Shown: piece by piece, positions 34,764-48,120 of the stretch
Numbering within the stretch: position 1 is the first letter of the stretch
Layout of the letters: each line of letters begins with the position of its first letter
Position numbers and translations under genes: made by a program
The notes under the pieces: generated by a model
What the model saw: the letters and a program-made list of their open reading frames with translations, nothing else
Database searches by the model: none
What the model was told of the DNA's origin: nothing
From: Macrostomum lignano
Lineage: Eukaryota
Length of the DNA stretch: 64,000 nt
Direction: 5' to 3'
Assembly: GCA_002269645.1 (NCBI GenBank)
Contig: NIVC01002514.1
Coordinates: 1-64,000 of the forward strand

Positions 34764-36799
34764 AGGCCTATAATAATTTACTTATATGTTGGTGTTGGCC
34801 TTTATTTTTCTATTATTTAACAAAATAAGCATTGCTACCATATTAAAAAATTAAACTTAAAAAAACTAAAAGAGAAAACTAAATGCCAAATATTAATCAT
34901 AAATTATTTAGGCTTATCAAATATCTAACTAAACAGGCCAGTTAGTCCAGTTATTATTTCCATAGCCGATGTGTAATTTTAATTTAGCATAAAAATAACA
35001 ACCATGTTTCGCCATGTCACGGACACTTTGTGAGTCTGTAGTGTAAGGATATTTTAAAGACTAGCTTTTTAAGCAAAACGATGTTTCCAAAAAACGAGTA
35101 ATAACAGTTACTTGTACAAGTAAAACATATTCACGATATTGCGTTTGTAAGTTTTTTAATGTAGAATATTGAGTTTAACGCAAAGAATCGTTTAGTAAAT
35201 ACGATAAAATAACAAAAGTCTTTTAGTCTACTTTGGTCTAAAGTTATAGGCTTAACCCCAAAACGACTCAATTAATGAATGAACAGATAAACATAGAGTC
35301 GCATAATTTTATACGAAACAAATGCCACTTAAAAGTTTTAGTTAAACTCTCAATTAGTACAACAAAATTTATTTTTTAATACAAAGAAAAAAGTTATTTA
35401 TTAATTATTTTAAAAGATTTTTATACCTATAAATTTATTTCTTATTGTAAACATGTTAGTTTAATTAAAACTGACGAATAGTTTTGTCGTAAAGTTGTAA
35501 ATGGTTTGAAATTGAAATAAAACTTTGAGTTAGAATTAATTGCATTTTGAATGCAACACATATTGTTTTAATATAGAAAAAAATACCAACTGCCTCTAAA
35601 TGTAAAATCATTCCTATATGTTGTTCACATTTTGTATTCGTTTTTAATCAAAACCAAACATCGCTGCACCCGTTAATTTGAAAGTCAATTAAGCTAAAAA
35701 GAGTACTGCCGATTGTGATATTCCTGGATTCCCACATGATTTTACACAGGAACTTATTACGTTATTGTAGTTTAGAGCTTACTAGTCTAGAGTTTAGAGT
35801 TTTATCGTAAATTACATATATAAATTCCTATTTGTATTACTTCGTTTTTTGCATAAGCTCCTTTTTATTAGTGCGTCATGAGTCCCTTCTAATGCAGTAA
35901 GGACGCCATAGTTACTCGAGATTGGAGTGTTTTTTAATTAGAGGCAGGGGGCTTTGTGCACCCTGGCGCACTTTAAGCGACATTGGCACACAACTGGCGA
36001 GAGGCATTACTGCCCATTCCGCCGACTCCCCTGAGCAGGCACACAAGCGCGCGGATACCTACGCAGTCATATGCACAGGCACACACTCACATAGGAGTGT
36101 ACAGCGGACCTAACTTTATTTTATCGTTAGGCATGTACACTTCACTGCGCCTTGGAGGGTTGGCTCTCAAGGCCGTTAATTGCACGAGCAGAGCCAAGCC
36201 GAGATTCCAATTCAGCCCCAAATGTGACTGCACTTGGAATCGAGCCTGGGTCGCTGGCACACCAGAACCTGCGCTAGACCGCTGGGCTACGGCCCCCGAG
36301 ATTGGAGTGTTGCATGCACTTGTAAATCCTGTATTTTACACTTGTCAATATTTGCGCGTACGTCGGCTGCAAAAGGTGCATGCATTTAGTGTTTCAAAGA
36401 AGAAACAATATAAAAGCATTCAAAATATTATATTGTAATAACTCGTACAGTATTACTTAATATCTACTTCTACACACTATTGTATTTATCCTTTACAGCA
36501 AGACTTCCAGCTAGCAGCTTTAAATCAAACAGAACATAACTACTTAAAGTAGAAAGACCTCTACATACGATAAAACGATACCGATTAGGATTGCAAACGC
36601 GAGAAACTGTTTACAATTAATTTATCGCTGATTAATAACGCATTACAGGTACAATCCAATACAATAATAGCTTGTAGTTCATTACCTTTTTATATACAAA
36701 ATCATTCTATTCACCCTTGACTTCGGTGCAATTTGCACTTGCGGAAAAAAACAGCTGACCCGCAGGCACAATGAAAGACTGGTATTACAATGAAATTAA

Positions 36800-39700
36800 T
36801 CAATCAATCCATTCGTCATCAAAGTCGTCAGCTCCAGCGCCATACTGGCCGGCTCCTTCGCGTCGTAAAAGCTGGACTACATTCGAAGACGGGTCGTCGT
36901 CGTAATACTCGTCCTCATCGTCTAGATCTTCAACGATCTGACTGTATTCTTGTTGGAATGGCTCAGAAACAGGAGCAGGAACAGGAGCAGCAGAAGACAC
37001 GACATCAATACTAGTCGACGCCTGTTTCGACAATGTAGACGGAGCATCGACATGGTCAATGTCGATTGGCGTGTTGGCAGAGGAAACTGCAGGCGGAGGC
37101 GGCGGAGGTAAGTCATCGCCAGCCGGCGGCGGCTTCACCGCAACCGGACTGGGAAGTGCCGAGTGCTGGTCGGCAGTTGCAGCGGCAGCCTCCTCACCTG
37201 GCTGCTGCTTGACCAGAGGCTCAGACAGCAGTTTCAACGCTTCGTAGTTGATCTTGGAGGACAGGGAGCGCTTGGATCTGGCGAGGGATTGGGGTGAAGG
37301 GAGAGGGTACTTTTAATAACTACATGACCAGGGATCTCGCAAGTAAATTTCTCTGCTTGATGCGACACGTGACTAGTTGTTTTGCGATCTACTCAAAAAG
37401 GCACACGTCTGCGAATGCTTAAATACGCGACCCACTAGCTTAAATACCCACTGGCCTAAATACCCACTAGCCTAAATACCCACTAGCCTAGATGCGCACT
37501 AGCCTAGATGCCCACTGGTCTAAATACCCACTAGTCTAAATACCCACTAGTCTAAATACCCACTAGCCTAAATAAAATCTAGTCTAAATACTTACTAGCT
37601 TAAATACCCACTAGCCTAAATACCCACTATCATAAGTACCGACCAGCCCACGTACCCAGAAGCCAATACACGCTATCTACACTAAAAAAACCAACCCAAA
37701 AACCTGTCAATCGCTCCCCAAACTCAAACCTGATTGCCACTTTAATCGCCTGCTCAGTGGTTTGAATGCCGCTAGCATGGGCTGTTCGTTTAGTTCGCCG
37801 TCTCGGCGCCGACGTAGCGGTGGCGGAGGCGGCGGCCGCCAGCTGAGCGACGTCGTCGTCAACGTCGACGCTGCCCACGCCAGACGGGTCGCCTGAAGCG
37901 GCGGCGGCTGCGGCAGCGGCGACAGCGGCCAGCTTTGCCCGACGCTTCTCGGTGTCGCGCAGCCAGTCGGCGTTGCGCCGGTACCAGTCGCGCGCTTTAA
38001 TCAGCACCTCTCGCCGGCTGAGCAGGTACTCCCGCTCCAGCTCCTCGTCGTCGATGCCTTCGAGACTCAACTCGCCGTCGTTGGCAGCGTCGTCCGTTGG
38101 CGCCAAGAACGGCTGAGAATTAAATAAGTGAGCAAAAATGCTCTACAATTAAAGTCTGTGAAAGCAATCAGACCACTGGTCTGTGAAAGCAATCAGACCA
38201 CTGGTGAACACTGAAAGCAACTGGACAAAGTTTGACAGGCACCAATGAAGGACATTTGAAGGACATTAGGACCAACCAGACACCAATTAAGGATATTTGA
38301 AGGACATTGGAAGAAACCAGACACCAATGAAGGATATTGGAAGAAACCAGACACCAATAAGGACATTTGAAGGACATTCGAAGAAACCAGACACCAATGA
38401 AGGACATTTGAAGAACATTGGAAGAAACCAGACACCAATGAAGAATATTTGAAGGACATTGGAATCAGTCGGACACCTACAAAGGATATGGGAATCAATC
38501 AGACATTAATGAAGGACATTGGAATCAACCGGACACCTACAAAGGATATAGGAATCAATCAATCAGACACCAATGAAGGACATTTGAAGGACATTGGAAG
38601 GAACCAGACACCAATAGGACATTTGAAGGACATTGGAAGCAACCGCAACAGTCTCAAAGACCTCGAAGTGTTCCAGTTTGAGACCTTGAAATGGACCAGG
38701 TTCCATTGCAGGAAGTTAAAAGCTATCAAAAACACGATATGACTTCGGAAGACTGGAGCCAGTATCTAAAAGTGGCAACAATTTTTCCAAATCAAAGAGC
38801 CAATACCTTCGTTTCTATGGAAGTGTAACACTCAGATTTTGTTATAATGCCAGGCGCCTGAGCGAGCGAACTCAATGCCGGCTTCATGTCGATACCAACG
38901 GCAGCCATCATATGGTCGACGCCGTGACCAGCAGATCTAGTCAAAGAACTCGACGAAGTCTGAGGCTGCTGTTGCTCCTGTTGCTGCTGAGACGATGGTC
39001 CAGCGCCGACAGCCTGATGAAGATCGTCGACGCAGCATTCCAGCTCTTCGGCATCGACAACGCCTTCCAGGGCGTCTTTCAGAACGTGCCGGGCGCTCAG
39101 ATTCACTTCGGCATCGTCGCAGTTCAACAGAAACTGAGCGGCAGCGTCGGGCTTTACGTCTGGCTTTTCTGCGGCCGCCGGCTCTGCCGGTGTCGATGGC
39201 TGCTGGCCAGCCGCTGCTGAAGAGGTCGACGCCGCGGTGCCGGTCCCAGCGACTACGAATAGACCGGAGACGATGCCGCGAACTCGGCGCTCCTGTGGTG
39301 CGGTGGAGTGAATCTTGGATTTTATCTGCATAGCTTGAGTAGCTGGGAGGCTGGCCCAGCAACTGGGGATCTGGGGGGCTGGCCCAGCAACTGAGGATCT
39401 GGGAGGCTGGCCCAGCAACTGAGGATCTGGGAGGCTGGCCCAGCAACTGAGGATCTGGGAGGCTGGCCCAGCAACTGAGGATCTGGGAGGCTGGCCCAGC
39501 CACTGACACTCTGGGAGGCTGGCCCAGCAACTGAGGATCTGAGAGGCTGGCCCAGCAACTGAGGATCTGGGAGGCTGGCCCAGCAACTGAGGATCTGGGA
39601 GGCTGGCCCAGCAACTGAGGATCTGGGAGGCTGGCCCAGCAACTGAGGATTTGGGAGGCTGGCCCAGCAACTGAGGATCTGGGAGGCTGGCCCAGCAACT

Positions 39701-42700
39701 GAGGATTTGGGAGGCTGGCTATCTAGATACTCTTACCTGCAGCTTCTCCATCTCCCTATCGATGAGGGCCTCCAGTTCGCCGACCTCCTGGCACATCCGG
39801 TCCATATCGGTCTCATCTCGGTCGGTGGTGGCCCGCTTGAGGCCCTCCAAGAAGGCGGGCGGATCGTGCTCCCCTTCATAGTCAACGCTTAGAAACTCCT
39901 CGATAGTGAGGGTGGAGCTGGGCGTTTTGGCGAACTCCTGCAGCCGCTTGCGCGCCGTCTGCTCGCTGATCTTGGCGATTCTGTGGCGGGTTTGGGCGGC
40001 TTTGGATTTAACCAAATATCCCAATAGGGGATCTTGAGCAGTGTCAGGTACAAATATCCCAATGGGGGATAATTGGGGATCTTGAGTACAGTGTCAGACA
40101 CAAATATCCCAATAGGGGATCTTGAGCACAGTGTCAGGTACAAATATTCTAATAGGGGATCTTGAGCACAGTGTCAGACACAAATATCAGAATGAGGGTA
40201 ATTGGGGGTCTTGAGGACAGTGTCAGGTACAAATATCACAATGGGGGATAATCGGGGATTTTGAGCTCTGTGTCAGGTACAAATATCCCAATGGGGTAAT
40301 AAAACAGAATTCAGAGATAAAATCACAAACCTGGCCACATCCTCAACAGTTCGATTATAGTTATGCAACCGCCCGGCAACCAGCAGGGCCGATGCGGCCA
40401 GGCCAGCCGGCCGCCTGCCCACCGCAATCCAGTCCTTCTTCATCCGCTGCAGCAGTCGCATTGCGGTGGTTTCCACCTCTCTGGACTTGTCACCGAACTC
40501 CAATTTCTGAGCGAATCGTTGAATATAGAGGCACGGATCCAGAGCTGGGATGTTGATGCACAGGCGCTTGGCTATCTCAGTGTAGCTTCGACCCAGAACG
40601 TACACATTTACCTGGAGTAGGAGCGGTGTGCAAAAAACAGCTGGTAGTTGACTTTTGGCAGGCAACAAAGACTTTAGGGGATTGGCTATTCTAGCAAATA
40701 CTACAAAGACCCGGGAAATGAGAATGATTATCGACCCGCTATAAAGACCTGAAGAAAAATTGACTTACAAAGACTTAAGCCACGGTGATTTACAAATGGC
40801 CAGGTAATAATGACGCAGTGACTTAAACGCTACAAAGACCCAAGAAGTGACCTAAATGCTACAAAGACCCAAGAAGCAGTGACCTAATGGTACAAAGACC
40901 CAAAAAGCATTGACCAAAATGCTACAAAGACCCAAGAAGCAGTGACCTAAATGCCACAAAGACCCAAGGAGCAGTGACCTAAATGCCACAAAGACCCGAG
41001 AAGCAGTGACCTGATGGTACAAAGACCCAAAAAGCATTGACCAAAATGCTACAAAGACCCAAGAAGCAATGACCTAAATGCCACAAAGACCCAAGAAGCA
41101 GTGACCTAAATGCCACAAAGACCCAAGAAGCAGTGACCTAAATGCTACAAAGACCCGAGAAGCAGCGACCTAAATGCTACATAGACCCAAGAAGCAGTGA
41201 CCAAAATGCTACAAAGACCCGAGAAGCAGTGACCAAAATGCTACAAAGACCCAAGAAGCAGTGACCAAAATGCTACAAAGACCCAAGAAGCAGTGACCAA
41301 AATGCTACAAAGACCCGAGAAGCAGTGACCAAAATGCTACAAAGACCCAAGAAGCAGTGACCAAAATGCTACAAAGACCCAAAAAGCAGTGACCAAAATG
41401 CTACTAAGACCAAAGAAGCAGTGACCTAAATGCCACAAAGACCCAAGAAGCAGTGACCTAATGGTACAAAGACCCAAAAAGCATTGACCTAAATGCTACA
41501 AAGACCCGAGAAGCAGTGACCGAAATGCTACATAGACCCAAGAAGCACTGACCTGAATACTACACAAGAATCAAGAATCAGTGACCTAAATGCTACAAAG
41601 ACCCGAGAAGCAGTAACCAAAATGCTACAAAGACCCGAGAAGCAGTGACCAAAATGCTACAAAGACCCAAGAAGCAGTGACCAAAATGCTACAAAGACCC
41701 AAGAAGCAGTGACCAAAATGCTACAAAGACCCGAGAAGCAGTGACCAAAATGCTACAAAGACCCAAGAAGCAGTGACCAAAATGATACAAAGACCCAAGA
41801 AGCAGTGACCAAAATGCTACAAAGACCCGAGAAGCAGTGACCAAAATGCTACAAAGACCCAAGAAGCAGTGACCAAAATGCTACAAAGACCCAAGAAGCA
41901 TTGACTTAACTGCTACAAGGACCCGAGAAACAGACTTGAATGCAACAAAGACCCAGCTTGAATGCAACAAAGACCCAGCTTGAATGCAACAAAGACCCAG
42001 CTTGAATGCAACAAAGACCCAGCTTGAATGCAACAAAGACCCCGCTTGAATGCAACAAGGACCCAATGCTCACTAAATCAAGCAACTAAAAAACACGCAA
42101 AAAGTAAAATTGGCCACACAAACCTGCAGCAGGTCGCTCAAATCCAGCAGCATATGATGCGTGCCCTCAGTCCGGCAGACAATATACAAGCAAGCGGCAA
42201 TAACGTAATTCACCTTCCGGCCTCGAGTCCAGCCGCGGTTCAATATAGTCCGATAGAAATTATAGGCCATGTCAATCTGGTGCTGCGTCAGGCGCAACTG
42301 GCCGCCAACCTGTTGCAGCCGGCGGCGCGCATTGTTCAGCGTGAGCTGTCGCGACTCGCGCTGGAAGCCCAGCTTACTGGCCAGACTGGCGCTGCCCGGC
42401 AGGAAACCGGACGAGTCATTGGCCATGAACTGTCCGATCACCTGCGTGGGAGTTGGGATATTTTTGAGAAGGGCAGGAAGGGCAGTCAAGGCCACACAAC
42501 AGCAATTTCCTCTGATGTACTTTTATAGATTCTTTTACATCTACTCTGTTAACTAGTCTATAGTACTTCATGTCTACTTTTCTATACTCTACTCAACATC
42601 TACTCTCCTGTCTATCCTATCTACTCTCATTCTACTCCAACATCAACTGTACTATCTACTCTACTTTCTACTCCAACATCTACTCTTCTTCTTATCTAAT

Positions 42701-43431
42701 ATTTACTCTCCGTTCTACTCCAATATCTACTTTTCTGTCTACTCCAATATCTACTTTTCTGTCTACTCCAATATCTACTTTTCTGTCTACTCCAATATCT
42801 ACTTTTCTGTCTACTCCAATATCTACTTTTCTGTCTACTCCAACATCTACTTTTCTGTCTACTCCAACATCTACTTTTCTGTCTACTCCAACATCTACTT
42901 TTCTGTCTACTCCAACATCTACTTTTCTGTCTACTCCAATATCTACTTTTCTGTCTACTCCAACATCTACTTTTCTGTCTACTCCAACATCTACTCTTCT
43001 GTCTACTCCAACATCTACTCTTCTGTCTACTCCAACAACTACTCACCTGTCTACTCCAACATCTACTCTTCTGTCCACTCCAACATCTACTCTCTTGTCT
43101 ACACTCCAACACCTACTCTCTTGTCTACACTCCAACATCTACTCTCTTGTCTACACTCCAACATCTACTCTCCTGTCTACTCGAACATCTACTCTCCTGT
43201 CTGACTTCCTATCGACCCTCCAATCCACTAGCAGGACTAACAAGCAAGCACACAACCAACCTGAGCACTGCCGGCGGCGCTGTCCTGAAACTCCACCTCG
43301 TTAACAATCATACCCTCCTCGAGCACAGCGCCGCAGTTCATGCAGACTGTGTCGCCTCGTCTTCGATCTTCGTTGATCTCCGAGCTGCCGCAGTGACGAC
43401 AGTTGAGTTTCGAGGACGGTTTCGAATCCAT
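36800..43431 (-). CDS. BRF1: Transcription factor IIIB 90 kDa subunit BRF1, about 797 aa
   Basis: Exons 43431-43261, 42441-42124, 40611-40331, 39980-39737, 39325-38807, 38112-37730, 37277-36800. TFIIB zinc ribbon CRHCG...VCMNCG, cyclin folds ([50 protein letters not shown]), [16 protein letters not shown], and the C-terminal TBP-binding block LEGIDDEEL...LSSKINY. Confidence 0.96.
37430..37630. repeat. 16-bp minisatellite TAGCCTAAATACCCAC
   Basis: BRF1 intron 37278-37729. Confidence 0.9.
38165..38640. repeat. Degenerate ~30-41-bp repeat (GAAGGACATTGGAAGAAACCAGACACCAAT...)
   Basis: BRF1 intron 38113-38806. Confidence 0.85.
39343..39720. repeat. 28-bp minisatellite CTGGGAGGCTGGCCCAGCAACTGAGGAT (about 13 units)
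   Basis: Fills BRF1 intron 39326-39736; same consensus as 17625-18510. Confidence 0.97.
40010..40295. repeat. ~40-bp minisatellite GTGTCAGGTACAAATATCCCAATAGGGGATCTTGAGCACA
   Basis: BRF1 intron 39981-40330. Confidence 0.85.
40825..42062. repeat. 32-bp minisatellite GAAGCAGTGACCAAAATGCTACAAAGACCCAA switching to a 22-bp GCTTGAATGCAACAAAGACCCA
   Basis: BRF1 intron 40612-42123. Confidence 0.95.
42575..43200. repeat. 24-bp minisatellite CTACTCCAACATCTACTTTTCTGT
   Basis: BRF1 intron 42442-43260. Confidence 0.95.
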
Positions 43432-43611
43432 GGCGGAATGCTTTAATTTATTAAAGCGAAGTTTTGGGGATTATAAAAACAATACAGGGGATAATGCTTT
43501 TTTCGAATGCCGACGGCAATGGCGGGAAGGGGTGCTTCCTCGCCGATTGAGACTGAGAGAAAAGTGAGCTCAGGCAATCTGAAAGGATAAAACAATGATT
43601 GCTTGCTAGTT

Positions 43612-44790
43612 TGGTAGTTTAGGGGTGATTCTCTGGGGTAGTTTAGGGGTGATTCTCTGGGGTAGTTTAGGGGTGATTCACTGTGGTAGTTTATGGGTGA
43701 TTCTCTGGGGTAGTTTAGGGATATTCTCTGGGGTAGTTTAGGGGTGATTCTCTGGGGTAGTTTAGGGGTGATTCTCTGGGGTAGTTTAGGGGTGATTCTC
43801 TGGGGTAGTTTAGGGGTGATTCTCTGGGGTAGTTTAGGGGTGATTCTCTGGGGTAGTTTAGGGATATTCTCTGGGGTAGTTTAGGGGTGATTCTCTGGGG
43901 TAGTTTAGGGGTGATTCACTGGGGTAGTTTATGGGTGATTCTCTGGGGTAGTTTAGGGGTGATTCTCTGGGGTAGTTTAGGGGTGATTCACTGTGGTAGT
44001 TTATGGGTGATTCTCTGGACATAGAGAGATTGGACATTGGGTCTCTGGACACTGGGGTAGTTTATGGGTGATTCTCTGGGGTAGTTTAGGGGTGATTCTC
44101 TAGGGTAGTTTAGGAATAGTTTAGGGAAATTCTCTGGGGTAGTTTAGGGGTGATTCTCTAGGGTAGTTTAGGGGTGATTCTCTGGGGTAGTTTAGGGGTG
44201 ATTCTCTGGGGTAGTTTAGGGGTGATTCACTGGGGTAGTTTATGGGTGATTCTCTGGGGTAGTTTAGGGGTGATTCTCTAGGGTAGTTTAGGAATAATTT
44301 TCTAGGGTAGTTTACAGTTGATAGGGAAGTTTAGAGTTGATTCTCTGGGGTAGTTTAGGGGTGTCTACCTGGGGTAGTTTAGGGGTGTCTATCTGGGGTA
44401 GTTTAGGGGTGTCTACCTGGGGTAGTTTAGGGGTGTCTTCCTGGGGTAGTTTAGGGGTGATTCTCTGGGGTAGTTTAGGGGTGATTTTAGTACATAGGAT
44501 TCTCTGGGGTAGTTTAGGGGTGATTCTCTGGGGTAGTTTAGGGGTGTCTACCTGGGGTAGTTTAGGGGTGATTCTCTGGGGTAGTTTAGGGGTGATTCTC
44601 TGGGGTAGTTTAGGGGTGTCTACCTGGGGTAGTTTAGGGGTGATTCTCTGGGGTAGTTTAGGGGTGTCTATCTGGGGTAGTTTAGGGGTGATTCTCTGGG
44701 GTAGTTTAGGGGTGTCTATCTGGGGTAGTTTAGGGTTGTCTAACTGGGGTAGTTTAGGGGTGTCTACCTGGGGTAGTTTAGGTTGATTCT
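43612..44790. repeat. 24-bp minisatellite GGGTAGTTTAGGGGTGATTCTCTG (variant GTCTACCTG)
   Basis: Begins about 180 nt upstream of the BRF1 ATG. Confidence 0.97.
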
Positions 44791-45699
44791 GTGCAAGCTT
44801 ATAGGCGACTTTTTGGTTAGTTAAAGAATCCAACAATGCTTATTTCTGTGTATGAAATGAAATGAAAAAATGAAAAGGCGTTAGCTTTAAAATCAAAATA
44901 CTGTTCGCTGCAGACGTAAAGCCGGTTTGTATTAAATAAGCATTTCCTACTACAGTTCACAGTGATGATTTGTTAGTAATATTTCATTTTAAAAATAGCT
45001 AACAAAGAATAAAAAATATAATTAATCTCAGCATGGCAAACATAGCCTGTCTGCAATTTCTAATTTCTAAGATGAAACATTTTATTCGTTTTTTTGTCTA
45101 TGGCCAAAACTGCTAAATATAATAGCTAAAAAGCTGTTATTATTTATCCTTTACATGCTTTTAACCAGTCTATTTCAACCAAATCGATATGGAATTTAGA
45201 AATTTTAATCTGTAGTTAGAACTTGAACCAATGATAAAAAATTTTAATAATCAAATTATAAGAAAGCAATATAGTTATTACATAACTAATAATCATATTG
45301 ATAGTGTTAATAATTACAGGTAGTCAGCGCTAAAAATGCAGTAATATGCTCTTTTTCAGCAATTATTATACCAAAAGACAGCAACAGTTCAACTTCAACA
45401 TTCTACTTTTGTTATAACATTGACACGCAGAAGCAATCTATCAATTAGACTATCAAAGTAAAGTTCTGCTATTGATCCAACTTAGTAATATTAGAAAATT
45501 TAAACAATTAGGATTTTTTAATCAAATTTCCAGGTGTTAACGACTCGGGAAGGTCAGCTGACCCTTTCGACCCTCTTCATTCCGCTATGTAGACTACAAA
45601 AATTTTTTTAACAGTTGAATATTTTTACAATAGATATGGTTAGCTCTGCTGATCAGGGTTGACAGGTTTGGAGTTTTAAATGCCCGAAGCCCACGAGGA

Positions 45700-46203
45700 T
45701 CAGACTGAGCGAGGATCAGCCTGAGCAAGGATCAGCCTGAGCAAGGATCAGCCTGAGCAAGGATCAGCCTGAGCAAGGATCAGCCTGAGCGAGGATCAGC
45801 CTGAGCAAGGATCAGCCTGAGCAAGGATCAGCCTGAGCGAGGATCAGCCTGAGCAAGGATCAGCCTGAGCAAGGATCAGCCTGAGCGAGGATCAGCCTGA
45901 GCAAGGATCAGCCTGAGCAAGGATCAGCCTGAGCGAGGATCAGACTGAGCAAGGATCAGCCTGAGCAAGGATCAGCCTGAGCAAGGATCAGCCTGAGCGA
46001 GGATCAGCCTGAGCAAGGATCAGCCTGAGCAAGGATCAGCCTGAGCGAGGATCAGACTGAGCAAGGATCAGCCTGAGCAAGGATCAGCCTGAGCGAGGAT
46101 CAGCCTGAGCAAGGATCAGCCTGAGCAAGGATCAGCCTGAGCAAGGATCAGCCTGAGCAAGCATCAGACTGAGCAAGGATCAGACTGAGCAAGGATCAGC
46201 CTA
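45700..46203. repeat. 16-bp minisatellite GATCAGCCTGAGCAAG
   Basis: Starts about 27 nt after the CCDC51 stop codon. Confidence 0.97.
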
Positions 46204-46229
46204 ATGCAGCATCAACATAGCAAAGCAAA

Positions 46230-47633
46230 TCAGGACAATGAGCCGAATAATTTAACAGTCAAGTAGGCTGCAAAACAGCCCAAAGCGGCGGCACTGGCCG
46301 CTAGAACTGCTGTTCTTTTCATTCCAATATCGATTAACCGTTCCAGTTCCAGCTGCTTTGCTGCCTCATCAAGAGTAGGACGATCTAATAGCGATGCCTC
46401 AGTACTGTTGCTATCTGTCCTAGCAACAGTAGAATTAGCATTTGCAGCGGTTGCTAACGACGCCAACAGGTTGTTAAGCTGATCGGCTTGTCCTCGCAAC
46501 GCCTCTGCTAGTTTCTGATTTTCTTTCGCTTCGCGGAGTCGCAGCCAGCGATGCAGAGAAGCTGCACCAACCCCCAGCAACGTCCCGGCAACCGAGCCGA
46601 TCAGTGTCCAGTACTTGGTCCGGTCACTGTGCGCTCGCTCCTGCTCGTGGCTGGTGCGGAACGCGGCTGACAGCTGGCTGAACTTCTTGCGCTCCTCGTG
46701 CTCGGCAGCCTGTTGGGCGTTGAAGTGCATTAGGTTAGCAGCTAAAGTACATGAGGTTAGCAGCTAAAGTATATGATGTTGGCAGCTAAAGTACATGAGG
46801 TTAGCAGCTAAAGTACATGAGGTTAGCAGCTAAAGTACATGATGTTAGCAGCTAAAGTACATGAGGTTAGCAGCTAAAGTACATGATGTTAGCAGCTAAA
46901 GTACATGAGTTTAGCAGCTAAAGTACATGAGGTTAGCAGCTAAAGTCCATGAGGTTAGCAGCTAAAGTACATGATGTTAGCAGCTAAAGTACATGATGTT
47001 AGCAGCTAAAGTACATAAGGTTAGCAGCTAAAGTACACGAGTCTAACAGACAAAGTATACGAGTCTAACAGCTAGAGTAAAAAATATATGAATCACAAAA
47101 TAGTATATATAAATCACACAATTAAAGCTAGCAAATACCTGAACTCGCTGAGTTAGACTCTGCTCAGATTTAATTAAATCGTGCTCTCGCAAAATCAATT
47201 GCAAATATTTATCTTCTCCTTTCTGATATTTGTCCATCTCTAATTCAAGCCTGTCGCGTTCCATGCTTAGCGCCTGCTGTTGCTGTTGCAGGGTCCGCCT
47301 GTGCTGTTGAGAGTCTAAGAATTTCTCCTCGGCATTGAGCACAGCTTGTTGAGCTCTACGAACATCGTCTAAACCAATTAGTGATTCGTACCAGCTAGCC
47401 AGGGAATTGAAGTATCTCAGCAGGGCGGAAGAAATGACATTAGTTTGTTGCTGCTGCTCAACTGGCTCCTTCTGCTGCTGCGTTTCTATGGAACTTGCCG
47501 ATGAAGAATAGTAAGTCACGTGATGGCGCCGATAATAACAGTAATGATTATCAAGTCTGCCGAATTTTAACAGACCTCGATTCAATCGAACTGATTGAAT
47601 AGCACAGACAGAAGAAAGACTGTAGGGTGCCAT
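46230..47633 (-). CDS. CCDC51: Mitochondrial potassium channel / coiled-coil domain-containing protein 51 homolog, 324 aa
   Basis: Exons 47633-47139 and 46709-46230 (phase 0). WYESLIGLDDVRRAQQAVLNAEEKF and FSQLSAAFRTSHEQERAHSDRTKYWTLIGSVAGTLLG match the recalled CCDC51 pattern. The N-terminus is basic and Ser-rich like a presequence. Confidence 0.85.
46733..47045. repeat. 22-bp minisatellite TTAGCAGCTAAAGTACATGAGG
   Basis: CCDC51 intron 46710-47138. Confidence 0.97.
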
Positions 47634-47779
47634 GCAAAATAAATATTAATATAATGAAGTAATACGCCACAGCACTACTGCCAGTAGAAAGTAGAAGAGT
47701 CAAAAAATCTATATAAAACACATAATCATACAAATGATAGCACATACAGACGGCCTCTGACAGACTCAGGTGTCCTCAA

Positions 47780-48120
47780 GCACACTGGGGTGTTTTCTAT
47801 CACACTGGAGTCTCTAATATCCCACTGGGGTATCTTCTATCACACTAAGCTGTCCTCTATCACACTGGGGTGTCTTCTGGGCTGTCCACTATCCCACTGG
47901 GGTGTCATCTGGTCTGTCCACTATCCCACTGGGCCCACTGGGGTGTCTTCTGGGCTGTCCACTCTCTCTATCACACTGGGGTGTCCTCTATCATACTGGG
48001 GTGTCTTCTGGGCTGTCCACTATCTCATTGAGATGTCCTCTATCACACTGGGGTGTCTACTATCACACTGGGGTGTCCACTATCACACTGAGGTGTCCAC
48101 TATCACACTGGGTGTCCTTT
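47780..48120. repeat. Degenerate ~18-bp repeat CTATCACACTGGGGTGTC
   Basis: Upstream of the CCDC51 ATG. Confidence 0.85.

Larger units (their letters stand above)
32760..34800 (+). mobile_element. Degenerate, 5'-truncated Penelope-like retroelement (RT + GIY-YIG endonuclease), interrupted by a MITE
   Basis: 32853-33479 encodes AMGSLLAPTLANI, FYRRYVDNTF, LNSTHPKIWFT, LPFLDI, TKVYHKRT (PLE RT). 34050-34507 encodes VIYQFCC..SYIGKTKRQ and LRVLEALHIKYHKPSLN (GIY-YIG region). Frame disruptions are present. Confidence 0.9.

Noticed and set aside
35922-36438. 151-aa ORF between two GAGATTGGAGTGTT direct repeats
   Set aside because: No protein similarity recognised and no TIR, TSD or LTR structure resolved.
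43612-44790. TTAGGG-containing array as an interstitial telomere
   Set aside because: TTAGGG occurs once per 24-bp unit, not as (TTAGGG)n.
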